Shown: one piece after another, positions 1 to 16,393 of the stretch
Layout of the letters: each line of letters opens with the position of its first letter
Position numbering within the stretch: position 1 is the first letter of the stretch
Assembly (NCBI RefSeq): GCF_009914755.1
Contig: NC_060934.1
Reading direction: 5' to 3' (one strand)
From: the human T2T-CHM13v2.0 reference genome, Homo sapiens
Length of the DNA: 64,000 bases
Program-made: the position numbers and the translations under genes
Notes under the pieces: model-generated
Databases searched by the model: none
The model's input: only the letters and a program-made list of their open reading frames with translations
Told to the model about the DNA's origin: nothing

Positions 1-148
<148 letters not shown>

Positions 149-149
149 A

Positions 150-440
150 TTAAGGACTCCCAAAACCTTTGGATTATGTAGGGTTTTATCTATGGGTATT
201 TGCAATATTAGACATTAAAACTGACAGCGTAAAAACTATATCTCTTAATTCATTTAGCATTAGTAATAAACCCAGTTAACATAAATAACATTTCAATGAA
301 GTTTAACTATTTTCTCAAAAAAAAAAAAATTAGTGAGCAGAGTGGCACTCCTGTACATTTTTATAAATCTCATTGTTTAATAGAAGACAGCTAGATTCCT
401 GCATCTGTTTATGTATTAAATCTCTTCTGATCTGATGCTT
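150..440. mobile_element. hAT-Charlie (Charlie1-like) DNA transposon fragment
   Basis: Resembles recalled Charlie1 consensus (TTAATAGAAGACAGCT.GATTC.. segment). Confidence 0.6.
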
Positions 441-744
441 TTGTGAGGACCCATTCAAAACTCAGAGTTGACATAATCATGATTTTAAGCTGAAGACATC
501 TGATATTCAATGAATGCAGGAAGAAGCCCTCTCCATACTTCCCTTATATGATTAAAAGCAGAAACTGTGACAAATGAGGCTGCCATAAATTCCCTCTTCA
601 ACGGTTTACTCCCAGGAAGGAGATCAAGAGTAAACGTACCATAATTCCCCTGTCTAGGAGGAGTTTTATGGCCATGAAGAAGAGGAAAAGACACTCCCAT
701 CTACACAAACATTATCACAAGCTTTCTTATCTCTTAATTTGTTA

Positions 745-925
745 GGAGGGGAGGGGAGGGGAGGGGAGGGGATGCTAGGGGAGGGGAGGGAGACAGGCAG
801 GAAGGTGGGGAGGGGAGAAAGGAAAGGAAGAAAAGAGAAAAGAGAAAAAAGAAAAGAGAAGAAGAGAAGAGAGAAAAGAAAAGAAAAGAAAGGAGAAAGG
901 AAAAGAAAAACTAAAAGCAGCAGGA
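745..925 (+). repeat. GA-rich low-complexity purine tract (GGGGA then GAAAA units)
   Basis: About 180 nt with very few pyrimidines. Confidence 0.95.
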
Positions 926-989
926 AATAAATGACTCATCATATTCTCCATGGTACATGGGAACCACAAAAAGATTAACAGCTGACTTA

Positions 990-2830
990 TCCTCAGAAAC
1001 CAGGGAGGCCAGAGACAGTGGAAGGACATAAAGAACTCAAAGAAAAAAAATGTGAACCAAGATAATTATATTCAGCAAAACTATCTTCAAAAATGAAGAT
1101 GAAAAATACATTCATAGATAAACAGAAACTCAGAGAATTCATTGCAAGTGGATGCACCTGAAAAGAAATACTAAAGGAAGTTCTTTGAGTTGAAAGCATG
1201 TACTGCCAAACAGTAGTCAAAAGTAACTGTGTAACTATAAGACAATATAAATGCATATATATTTTGCATATATATTTTCCTTTCTTAAATAATTTAAAAA
1301 GGAATTATATAAAAACTATGTTTATAATTGTATTGTTAAACCTATAACATAAAGAAATGTAATGTATTTAATAGTAATACAAGATAAGTGGGTACAAAGT
1401 TGTCATCATTATACTAATATCAGACGAAACAGAATTCAGAAAATTTTACCAGAGATAAAGAGGGACTTCTACTATGAAAGGTTGGCATAAGGAAATGATA
1501 TCACATGGAAACTCTACACTGAAACAAATGAAGATAATAAGGAGTGCTAACTTTAAAATAACAAACTGTATAAACATATAATGCTCTCCTTTCCTTTATG
1601 TCTTTAAAAGACAGTTAAATAAACTAATAACTGCTACAATGTATTGTTGGGTTTGTAACATAAATAGATATGTATAAACAATAATTAGTAAAGAAATAGA
1701 GGTACATAGGAGGAATCATTCTATGTCTTACAGGAATTAAATCAATATGAATCTGAAGAAGATTCTGTTAGAAAAAAATATATATATATAGTAAACCCTC
1801 AACCATTAAGAAAATAATTTTTTAAATAGCATTAGAAATCTTTTTTAAAAATCATTTAAGGAATTAAAATATTACAATACAAAATAATGCAAAAGAAAGC
1901 AATAAAGGAAGAACACAGGAACAAAAATGGCAAGACACATAGAAAACAAAAAGTAAAATGGCAAACAAGCAAACCATATCATTAATAGCATGAACTGCAA
2001 ATGGATTAACAAATCAACAGGAAGAGTTGTCAGGATGTACAATAACACAAAATCCAGTTGTATTCTAAGTTCAGGAGATACAATTAGACTCAAAATTATA
2101 AACAGGATTACAGTAAAAGAAGCAAAAAGATACATAGCACAAAAACAACCACCATAAAAAGGGGTAGTCATTATATTAATATCAGATAAAAAAGACTTAG
2201 GAAAATTTTACTAGAGCTAAAGAGGGACTTTTACTATGATAAGGTCAACCATCATGAAGGTATAATAATTATAAATATATAAGCACCTAATATGAAAACC
2301 ACAAAATACATAAAGCAAGAACTGACAGAGCTGACTGAAAAACAGATAATACTTGCAGACTTCAAAATCCTGCTTTCAACAATGAACAGCCGAGCTATGT
2401 AAAAGACTTGAACAGCACTAAACCAACTTGACCTAACAGACATCCACAGAATACAAAACCCAACAACAACAACAGAATATACATTCTTCTCAAGTGCACA
2501 ACAACAGACTATAGAGTAGTCCACAAAACAAACATCAGTAAATGTAAAAGGACTCAAATCATATACAGTATGATTCTGGCTACAACAGAGTTAAACTTTA
2601 GAGTTAAATGTTATTGTTTATCAACAGCAGAGAGAAACTACCAAATTCACAAATGCGGAAATTAAACAACAAAATCTGAAATAACCAGTAAATCAAAAAA
2701 GAACTCACCAAAAAAAAACTAGAAAATTTATTTGAGATTCATAAAAATGAAGTCACAAAATACCACACTTACACAATGCAACTAAAATAGTGCTTAGGGG
2801 GATATTTATAGCTGTAAATGACAAGATTAA
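990..2830 (+). mobile_element. Ancient L1M fragment (ORF1 end, inter-ORF, ORF2 endonuclease region), degenerate
   Basis: L1-like motifs such as AGAATATACATTCTTCTCAAGTGCAC; A-rich plus strand; no intact ORF. Confidence 0.8.
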
Positions 2831-2839
2831 AGAAAGGTA

Positions 2840-3011
2840 CAGAGAAAACGCAGTCATATGTAAGTCAGAAAGAAAGGCCTACCAGAAACCAAATTTTCTG
2901 GCAACGTGATTTTGGACTTCTTGTCTCCAAAAATGTGAGAAATTAAATTTCTGTTACTTAAGCCACCCAGTCTGTGGTATTTTGTTATGGCAGCCTGAAC
3001 AGACTAATACA
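2840..3011 (+). mobile_element. MLT1 (MaLR) LTR 3' fragment
   Basis: AAGCCACCCAGTCTGTGGTATTTTGTTATGGCAGCC...GACTAATACA terminus. Confidence 0.85.
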
Positions 3012-3114
3012 AACATCTACTAAAAAACTACAGGTAACATTATACTTAATGGTGAAAGATTGAATGCTTACTCCCTAAATTTTAACAGCAATTCTATCTG
3101 CTTTCACCATTTCT

Positions 3115-5630
<2,516 letters not shown>

Positions 5631-5639
5631 TTCTACTAT

Positions 5640-8544
5640 TCTGATGCATCATAGTGCCAAAAGTTCTAGCCACCACAATTAGGAAAATAAACAAAATAAA
5701 AGGCATATATATCAGAATGAAAGACATAAAAATCTCTATCTGCACATGACATGAATGCTTATGTAGAAAATCCTAAGGTATTAACAATAGCAACAACAAA
5801 GTCCTCGAAGGAGTCCAGCAAAGTCAGAGGATACAAAATAGACATACAAAAATTAACTGCATTGTTATATATATATATACATATATATAACACACATATA
5901 GCAATGAACAAAAGAACTCACAATTACTATTATAGAGCCACTCTAAAAAAACTGAAGTATTTAGGTGCACATCAAGTAAAACATGAATCTGATTGCTGAT
6001 GCTGCAAAAAAAATTGATCAAAAATGATCTCAACATATAAAAATACATACTGTTCCTGGAATGAAAAATTCAATATAATGTAAGCTGACAACTCTTCCCC
6101 AAATTGATAAACAGCTTAAACATAATTCCTATCAAAATTCTAGCAAGTTTTTTTTTTTAGATATAGACAGGTTATTCTAAGATTTATATGGATAGGCAAA
6201 GGAACTAGAATACTTAAAACAATCCTAAAGAATCCTAAAAGAATAAAAAAACTGGGAGAAATCCATCCATCCAATTTCAAGAACTAATATACAGCCAGAG
6301 TAATCACTACTGTGTGGTACTAGTGAAGAACCAGACATAACCATCAATGGAACAAGACAGAGAATCCAGAAATCAACCCATACAATATGCCCAACTGATT
6401 TTTAAGAAAGCAATTCAATAGAGGAAAGAGAATTTTCAACAAATGATGCTGGAACAAAGCAATGAACTTTGACTTGAGTCTCAAACTTATACAAAAATTA
6501 ACTCAAAATAGTTCATGGACTTCATGTATAATCTAAAACCATAAAACATTTTAAAAAATAGGAGAAAATCTTCAGGATTTAAGGTTGGGCAAAGAGTTCC
6601 TATACTACACACCCAAAGCAGGATCCATTTAAGAAACTGATCAATTAAACTTCATCAAAATCAGAAACGTTTGCTCCATGAAAGACCCCGCTAAAAGGCT
6701 GAAGATAAAAGCTATAGCCTGGGGGAAAATATTTGCAAATGAATATCCAATTAAGGACTAGTATTTAGAATACAGAAAGAATTCTTAGACCTGAACATTT
6801 TTAAAAATCCAATTAGAAAATAGGCAAAACATGTGAAGGGACATCTTAATGAATAGGATACTCAGATGGCAAATAAGCACATGAGAAGATGTTCAACATC
6901 ACTGGCCATTAGATAAATGAAATTAAAATCACAATGAGATATTACTACACACCTATCAGAATGGCTAAAAATTTTTTTTTAAATAATGACATCACCAAAT
7001 GTTGAGGATATAAAGAAACTAGATCACTTATATATTGCTTGCAGGAAAATAAAATGACAGTTATCCTGGAAAAAACTTTGGAAGTTTCTTTAAAAATTAA
7101 ACATGAAATAGCTATTGCTCTCCTGAAGATTTACCTTGGAGAAATGAAAACACATGTTCACATAAAAACCTATAGGTGTCTATAGCAGCTTTGTTCAAAC
7201 AAATGTCCTTCAACAGGTAAACGGTTAGAAAACTGTGGTCCGTGCATAACATGGAAAACTACTCCACTAGTAAAAAGGAACAAACTATTGATAAACACAA
7301 ACCTGGAAGAAATCTCCAGAGAATTACACTTAATTTAAAAAGCCAATCCCAAATGGCTACAAATTATTCCAAACAGTAAACGAGAAAGTACGGTGCTGGC
7401 AAATATTTGAAGAAATTTGTTAAAATTTTCCCAAGTTTGGAGAAGGACATAAACCTATGCATTCAAAAAACTGAATGAACTACAAGAAACCTATGCCCAG
7501 GCATACCATAGTCAAATTAATGAAGACAAGAAGAAATCTGGAAAGCAGAGAGAAAAAAAGGATGCATTACTTATAGAGGAACAATGATTCAAATGACTGT
7601 GTCTTGCTCATCAGGAAACCCTCAAGGCCAGTAGTCAGAAGTAACATCATTTTTCAAATATTGACAAAAGAGACCTGTTTACCTAAAACTAAGTATGTGG
7701 TGAAAATATATTTCAGGAATGAAGGGAAATAAAAACAGTCACAGACAAAGAGTAACAACAAGATTAGCAACCAACAGAACTGCTTAAAAGAAATTCATCA
7801 CATGGAAGGAAAATGATACCAGAAAACAATGTGTATATCAGCAATAAAGAAAGAGCAACAGAAAGGCTAAGCATTCAGACAAAAACAATTGACTATTCTT
7901 TTTCTCTTGATTCTTTACATTTGACGGCTGAAAGCAAATAATAATAATAATAATACATTCTATGAGGGGCTCTGAAGGTATGCAATGTAGAATGTAAGAT
8001 AACTGTAACAGAAAGGGGGAAAGTGAAAGTTGTGATATATTTTCTATATTTTAGCGAAGTTTCTACACTACAATTGAAGTAGCAAAATACTGATTCTAAA
8101 TAGACTCTGAGAAGTATGTATTTTGTAACTCATTTTTTAAAAAGCAAAGAGATAGTCAAACTCCAAATAGATAAATATAGCAACAATTAAGTGTACATAA
8201 ACACTGCAATTACAGGACACAAATGTGGAGAACTGACTTTTTAAAAAAACAACCAATTATGGCCGGGCACGGTGGCTCACACCTGTAATCCCAGCACTTC
8301 AGGAGGCTGAGGCGGGCAGATCACGAGGTCAAGGGATCAAGACCATCCTGGCCAACACGGTAAAACCCCGTCTCTACTAAAAATACAAAAATTAGCTAGG
8401 CATGGTGACGTATGCCTGTAATCCCAGCTACTCAGGATGCTGAGGCAGGAGAATTGCTTGAGCCCGGGAGGCAGAGGTTGCAGTGAGCCGAGATATCGTG
8501 CCACTGCATTCCAGCCTGGCGACAGAACGAGACTCCGTCTCAAA

Positions 8545-8583
<39 letters not shown>

Positions 8584-9170
8584 AATAAAAACTAAAAATA
8601 AATAAAAAACAACCAATTATATGCTATCTATAGGAAACTCGTTTCATTGATACAGGTAGTGTAAAATAAAGGAATGGGAAAATATATACCAAGCAAACAC
8701 AAATAAAAATTTCCAAAAGGTAGAAACAACTCAAATGTCCATCAACACATAAATGGAGAGACAAAATGTGGTACTATCCATACAATGGAATATTATTCAG
8801 TCATTAAAAGGATATAAATACTGACACATACTACAATATGAATGAACCCTGAAAACATTATGCTATGTATGTAAAAGAAGCCAGTAGCAAAAGATCATAT
8901 ATTATATGATTCCATCTATATAAAATGTCAAAAATAGGCAAATCCACAAAGACAAAAAGTAAATTCGCAGTTACCAAGGATTGTGGGGATGGGAGAATGG
9001 GGAGTGACTGCTAATGGGTAGAGGGTTTCATTTTCGGGTGATGAAAATGTTCTGGACTGGCACAGTGGTGGCAGCTGTACAACCTTATGAATACACTAAA
9101 AATCTACTAATTGGGCACTTTAAAAGGGTGATTTAATGGTATGAAAGCTGTATCTCAACTTTTAAAATAT
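5640..9170 (+). mobile_element. Patchwork of ancient L1M fragments (ORF2 3' half, ORF1 region, L1MB 3' end)
   Basis: Degenerate L1 motifs such as CACACCTATCAGAATGGCTAAAA and CAAATGTCCATCAAC. Confidence 0.75.
8261..8600 (+). mobile_element. AluS (Sc-like) with (TAAA)n microsatellite tail
   Basis: Full dimer; TSD AAAAACAACCAATTAT on both sides. Confidence 0.95.
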
Positions 9171-9180
9171 ACTAAGGTCT

Positions 9181-9510
<330 letters not shown>

Positions 9511-11682
9511 CTATACACCTTGTTTTTTCTCCAGTGTTTTTTCTGTATAAGCTAATCAATACAGGACACCAGCTATCTAATTACAAGCCATTAGCACAAA
9601 GCTAGCACTGGATATTGGAAATTTAAGTGAATGGACACTCACTCAGAATCTAACAACAAAACACCATACAGTATGAATTTCATTCTTATACTGTAAACAT
9701 GGTGAATAAATATAGCCAATTTTCTTTCTAGATGGTGTTTCCTAAATTTAAAGAGGATACTAATGACTATAATCAGAGCTAAGGATGTCAAGATTCATGT
9801 TCGCGTATCTGGCATGTTTAAAAGAAAAATATGCCAATTTGCTGAAAATACTGTCACTTTTAGCACTAGTATTTCCCTTACTGCGTCCCTCTTCCTCCTG
9901 AGTAGGGGCTTATACTGAGTGGCCAGAGATCATTAACAATTCCGACATTCTACAAAGGTGGCCCTACATTCTGCATTTCTACTTTTATAAGAGACATAAA
10001 TTTCATTTTATTGCTCATTTCGAGCTGTTAATTATATATACAATTAAGCACTTATGCCTTCTTGCCTTTAATCAAGATCTCACTGTTCAAAAAACAAGAC
10101 ATATTATTAATCCAGCTACTCCTGAATAAGAAAGAAGGATTGCCTACTTCACAGCACAGGATCAAGACCCGCCTTGATGGCTCCCTCCATGGCTCAGTTT
10201 GTCCCTATCACAAATCAGAGTTTCCAACACTATTCTCTCCTTTACCTTCCCCTGAAGAGCCCTAAACTTCTCAGCATTGACTTTCAGTAGGATTGGGTCC
10301 CCACTCCCAGTCCTAGGGGTAGACACTATCCTAAAACAATCCCTGTGGCAAGAGACTGCCTGACTTCACTTGTATCTATTAAGCCAATTTCACATATTAG
10401 GGTCTGTTACTTGCAACTACCCAGTTGCTATCGCCAAATTCTGTTACAGTTAAGTTGCTATCCATTTATTTGTTTTTAATCAATACCACAGGCTTGTAAT
10501 TAATGCCAGATGTGATCTAGTTACTGTTTAAGCCAGAAAACTTCTGTTTCCCAGCAACATTCTACCCCTACTTTTTCCCACAGTGACTGGTTGAAGAACA
10601 AGATAACATTAATTGCTTTAGGCCAATTAGAGCCATCTGGAGCTACAGGTGATTCTATCCTATTCAAACCACATGGCTGTGAAATTTGGGACCTCCAACA
10701 AATTATTTCCCAATGGGGATTCGGTTTTATGGTCTGGCCATTTTATAAAAATCTCTAATCTTTGTGAATGGTTTAATGGGTGAGCAACTATAAATAGTCT
10801 GGTTTGTTAGTTTTTTTCTGTTTGTCTATTTGTCTGTTCTCACCACGAATCAATTAAGAATTCATGCTCACTGGGAAGAGAGCAACTCTTTGACACGGAC
10901 TGATGAGTTTTATAATTCTGTATTTGCCATGGCCCCATAGTTGAAATTTCAGAATTGAAGTCATAAACTCTTTCCGCATCTGCGTGTCTATGTGTAATTC
11001 AGAAAGGCTGTTGTCTTTCAATGTGTGAAGGTGCAATAATTTTCTACCTCAGAATGGGATTAACAAATTAGATTATAAAATCTACTACATTATGAAATCT
11101 CTTAAAGTAATATATTCTGATTTACTCATAGAGGTAAATAAGTACATATATAAACAGAATATTCCTAAATTTCCCAGAAAATAAGGAGGTTGAAGATCTA
11201 ACACTTTCAAGAAACCAATTATTGAGCTGTATTAAGAAATCAAGTTCACATAAAAAAAGCAAATCTTTGGAAATGGGACCAGTTTAATATTTATGGTTTA
11301 AAAGAAACAGTTGTATCTTTACTGATTTATCAATATTAAGTATAAGCATAGACTTTTATTCTATTTGGGTACGTCATTCATAAACCTATACAGGTTTACT
11401 GATTGAATAAACTAGCGTTACTTCTACTTAATGTTTAAGATTATGGAAAAGGTAAATTTGTGTTCAACCAAACAAAATCATTATTCTGATGACCTTGTAT
11501 TTCAACAGTAATTATGTCTTGCAATATATCAGCTTGAAGACAAATTTCCAAGATCTTTAGGAAACTTAAAAACTCGAACTGGTATCAATTTGAATTAACT
11601 AATGAATATGCACTCAATACTGATCTCAATTCTAAGTAAGACTGAATATTGAGACATTTATAACTAAGCATAAATTTAATAT

Positions 11683-11920
11683 TGTCACGCACGTCCATGT
11701 GAAGAGACCACCAAACAGGCTTTGTGTGAGCAAGAAAGCTTTTTAATCACCTGGGTGCAGATGGGCTGAGTCTGAAAATAGAGTCAGCAAGGGGAGTTGG
11801 GGTGGGGCAGTTTTATAGGATTTGGGTAGGTAGTGGAAAATTTTCACTTCTTTTGTGATTCTTCAGTTGCTTCAGGCGATCTGGATGTATACATGCAGGC
11901 TTGGGCTCAGAGGCCTGACA
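11683..11920 (-). mobile_element. Solo HERV-H LTR (LTR7B-like), internally deleted, 238 bp
   Basis: Minus strand starts TGTCAGGCCTCTGAGCCCAAGC and ends GCGTGACA; 5-bp TSD AATAT at 11678-11682 and 11921-11925. Confidence 0.92.
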
Positions 11921-12319
11921 AATATACTTGTTTCTTATTTTTATATGCTACAAAGAGGCTATGTCTTTGGCTCTTTTAATCAGTTAAATGTGTTCATTTT
12001 TGCCACTCTTGAGACTTGTACACAATGAAAGTGTACACACAGTTAAAGTTGTGTTAGCTCTGGATGTTAGCTCTGCTAGTTTGCTAAAACAGTGGCATGC
12101 AACAGCTCACAATTATCCACTCCCTAGTTTTCTCTGTGTAATAAAAGTTACTTTGGCTAAAAGTTATCAATAACATGTGAATGAGACTACTAGAACAATG
12201 GTGGCAGGCAGGTACAACACTACGTGTGAGGTAGTAGGATGGGTTTTGTTTATTAAGGAAAAAAAAATAGTTTTGTCCTAAAATAAAAGGGCTGGTTGTT
12301 CCAGAACGAGAAAGAGGGT

Positions 12320-12738
12320 TGTCTCAGTCTGTTCGCATTACTATAAAGGAATACCTGAGGCTGGGTAATTTATAAAGAAAAGAGGATTATTTGGCTCATG
12401 GTTCTGCAGACTATACAAGAAGCATGGTGCCAGGATCTGCTTCCAGAGAGACACTCAAGAAGCTTCCCATTCATGATACAGGGAGAAGGAGAACAGAGAT
12501 TACAAGGTGAGAGGAAGGACGACAGGTCAAGAGAGCAAGGAGGGAGGTGTCAGGCTCTTCTTAATATGATCTCAGAGGAACTAAGTGAGAATTTATGCAT
12601 TACCCAGAGGAGGGCATTAAGCCATTCATGAGGGATCCGCCTCTATGACCCAAACCCCTCTCAGAAGACCCTACATCCAACATTGGGGATAACATTTCAA
12701 TATGAAATTTGGAGGGGACAAATATCCAAACTACATCA
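12320..12738 (-). mobile_element. MST (MaLR) solo LTR
   Basis: GAGGCTGGGTAATTTATAAAGAAAAGAGG...ATCCAAACTACATCA. Confidence 0.9.
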
Positions 12739-15169
12739 GCTGTAAAGGACAAAAATTGATATAGAAAGTTGTAGAAGATTTGAGAAAAGATAATTTTACT
12801 TGCCTTGGCCAAAGTTAGCTCAGTTTTGAAAAAAAAAAAAAAAAGATTTTATAAAAGTGCTTGTAGTTCCTGTAGTATCAAATATTACACTGATACAATA
12901 CTGGAGTTTGGTTTTCTCTGTTGAAATTAGAAAATTTTCTTGGATTATTGATCTGCCCTTAGTAAGAGATTGTAAGATATCTGCTGTATAAATAACAAAG
13001 ATTCTGTTTTACCAAAATAGTTTTCTGTGCTTTTCATGTTGATTGTACAATGTCCTTGATTAAATATTTCTCACTTATGAAAGAGCCAAATGCTTTACAA
13101 TCATGTAACCTTCACTTTATTTTCAAATGTTTGGATGTCACTTTGAAATGAGTAGGAAAGTATTTCTCAGGCACCTATGATCTGATTCCTAAGTGTTGAA
13201 ATCTCCTGGTAACTTTTCATTTATGTCTTTACAAATTCAAATCCTAAATGTAAAATAAAATAAAAAATTTGAGATACTTTTGGGACTAAAACTGTCTCTG
13301 AGATTTATAAGAGGGCCCATGAAAGAGGACAAAAATTTATTCTTTCACAGTAAAAAAAAAAAAAAAAAAAAGTACTGGAAATAATTGTGTTTGTTACTAT
13401 TGATGAAACTGCATGGGAGGAATTAGCAAATCAGAAGAGATTTGTCAATGCTCTCACTGTCATGATTAGTTTCTATTTATCAAAGTCCTGATACTCTGCA
13501 CTGTATAGCTGTTATCACTCTTATGTTTTAAAATGTTAACTTGGTTACAACTTCACTTTTCAAATGTGAATGCAGCATCTTCTGGGCCAGTGGTTTTCAA
13601 TTAAGGATTCACATAATTTACTATGGAGATGGAGTTTCATTAATATACAGAAGCTTAGGACCCACTCCAGACTTACTAGATCTTTTCACTTGATATTCTG
13701 GATACATTATTGGTACATAATATCTAGGATTATTGCTATATTTCAAGATTCATTTCTCTGTAAAGTTTATGCTCATCTGCTTTTATAAATCAGATATAAT
13801 ATTACATCCTTTAACTATAGAGTTCATTATTACATTTTAAATTGTTTAAAATTTTTTTATTGACTTTATTATCTTGTTTTGCATGTCACAGAAACCAGAT
13901 TTCCTTGTCAGTTATATTTTTCTCAAACTCTCATCAGATCCTTCATTTTTTGAAAATGATCAGTAAAAAATTAACTGCAGCCATTTTAAATGTTTTTATC
14001 TGCAGACATCTATTTGTTGCTGTTTTATTCTGATGTTTCCCTCAGAGCCTTTTCAATCAGCTACAGGCCAGAAGGAATCAGAACCCCATGGAAAAGGGCT
14101 ATGCCAGGTACTTTGGGGCACAGGCTTCTAAATGACATTGCTTAAACAACTTTCAGACCATACCAGTGGCCTAAGTCAGAATTTCCAGGACTCTTATGAG
14201 GAAGCCGATGGGTTGATAATACTACTAACCCCACATCCAGTGGAACAAAAATTAACTAGATATGGCTGAATGAGCTAATGAGGGATGACTGTAGTTTTTG
14301 TCTGGAATATTGTTGATGCTGTTTGAATGTATTTTCCAGACATATAAGGAAGCCTTTTCTCTTTCTTCTTAAAGCTATCTATAATTCATAACTTAGTAGA
14401 CTCTGCTTTTGTATACTGAAATGAAACACTTGTAAACATCTTATTCTCCCTGCTTGAGCCCTCCAAAGTTCAGAAACGTAATAAATATTCTATTTTCAGG
14501 GCAATAAAGTTATTTGCATAGATTAAATAAGAATCTGTCCTCTTTTTTACTAGGACATAAGTGGAAATATTGGTTTTGCAACTAAACTCACATTTGAAAA
14601 TGATGCTCATTCAATCAAATATGACTAAACACTTTTAAGTGTTCTGGAACTAAGGAACTAAGACTGCCTTTACAGAGTCATCCTTACAAAGCCTTCTTTG
14701 GAAAAACTGGCTTACAGAGTTCCCAGCCTTGCAGGTGAGTAAGAAAAGCCACTTCCTGGGAGGCCCATGAGTCTTAGGATATTTTAGGGACCTCAAGAAA
14801 TGAGGAATTCTTATAAATAAAACAGGTGAAATCTGATATAGAGTTATTGGCATAGCTTCCTAGCCTTAAGATCACTAGTAACAAGAGGCTTTAAAAAATC
14901 CAATCTGAGATTCCTAAAGAAAACGTGCAGCAGAGCAAACTTAAGAACTTTAAGGAACTTTTAACACTCTTGCTGTGCCCAGCTGAACAACGCCTGTAAT
15001 CTGGGGAAAGAAGACTAAACATCTCATACGTGCCTGACTTGAAGAGTAGCGTAGGGAGAAGACAGAATGGGATAGAGTAGTACAGTCTCTCAAATTTTTA
15101 AACAAATTCTAACATCGGGAGGTTGGAAACTAGAATTATTCAGCTTACAGATGCTTTCAGCTTGTGCAC

Positions 15170-15352
15170 AGAGAGAAGGCCATGTCAAGACATGGAGAGA
15201 AGGCCAGCAAGAGAGGCCACACCAGAAACTGCACACTGCGAGACCCTGATCTTAAGACTTTCCTACCTCCAGAACTTTGAGAAAATGAATTCTATTATTT
15301 AAGCCATGCAGTCTATGGTATTTTCTTATGGCAGCCCAAGCAGACTAATACA
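15170..15352 (+). mobile_element. MLT1 LTR 3' fragment
   Basis: CTCCAGAACT...TTTAAGCCA...GGCAGCCCAAGCAGACTAATACA. Confidence 0.8.
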
Positions 15353-16393
15353 GTTAGTAAAATAGATTTGGGAAAATTATGACATAATCTACATCTATCT
15401 CAAACATAAAAGGAAAAGCCAAGTCGTCTTAAGGAATAACAAAAATGGCATAAAGTACCATTTTACAAGAAGTTCAATTTTGAAATAAAATTTAGTACAT
15501 ATTTTAGTCACTAAAATTTTAACTCAGGAAAAAAACAATTACATCACAGAAGTCAAGACAGGAAAATTTATTTCTTATAAAACTATATTTCAACAAACTA
15601 AGGTAATTTATTTAAAGTAACGTCAAAATGCATCAATATTTGTCTTCAGTATAATAATATAGTCCAAATTTCTAGTAATGTGATTATCTGTTTCCACCAC
15701 TGCTTTCTTTTTTAAACCTCATTGTGGCAATAATGAAGTTAACAAGCAACTAGAAAATATGAAACAACCAAGCACAAGACCATAACAGCCACACATTTGT
15801 TCTAAGCCATTCATCTAGGGTCTCTGGATTTCAGCTTTCTCCTCTATAAAGTGGACTATGTGGAAGTGGAAGGAGGAGGAGAGTAGAGTTAATGAAGATG
15901 ACCCCTTTGGTTCCTCTGAGAGTCAAATATCTATGGGGAATATGTTGCCCTGCTTAGCGCTGCTCAGCACCACACACTGCAGCTGAAAATTCACCCTTAA
16001 AGTTATGAAAAAATGGATTTATAGTTCCCCAAGCCTTTCTAATATAGACTGATAAATTAAATGCTTTTTAAAAGTTACATATAACATATGATTAGAATCA
16101 TAATATTTTAGTAATGTACTGAAGAATACAATCTTTTCCAAATGCTTTCTCCATTAAGTATTTTTCATTTTCATTTTCTGAATATGAAGTAAGGGTTTGC
16201 TAAAAACAAAGGTCTTTGTATTCATTGCTGACTTTTTAAAAATCTTAATTATACATTAGTAAAATGAACAGATAAATTTCTGCCATTTTAAAATAATGTA
16301 TCCAATAAATACACGAAAACCTTGAAATAATCTATGTCAATATAAGTCAGAATTCATTTGCTGTAAAGGTTGTTATAGAAATTATAACACTGT

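Larger units (their letters stand above)
10600..14960 (+). mobile_element. ERV1 MER4-group non-autonomous internal sequence, interrupted by LTR7 and MST
   Basis: Segment CCCAGCCTTGCAGGTGAGTAAG...GGACCTCAAGAAATGAGGAATTC (about 14720-14810) resembles recalled MER4-group interiors; boundaries approximate. Confidence 0.6.
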
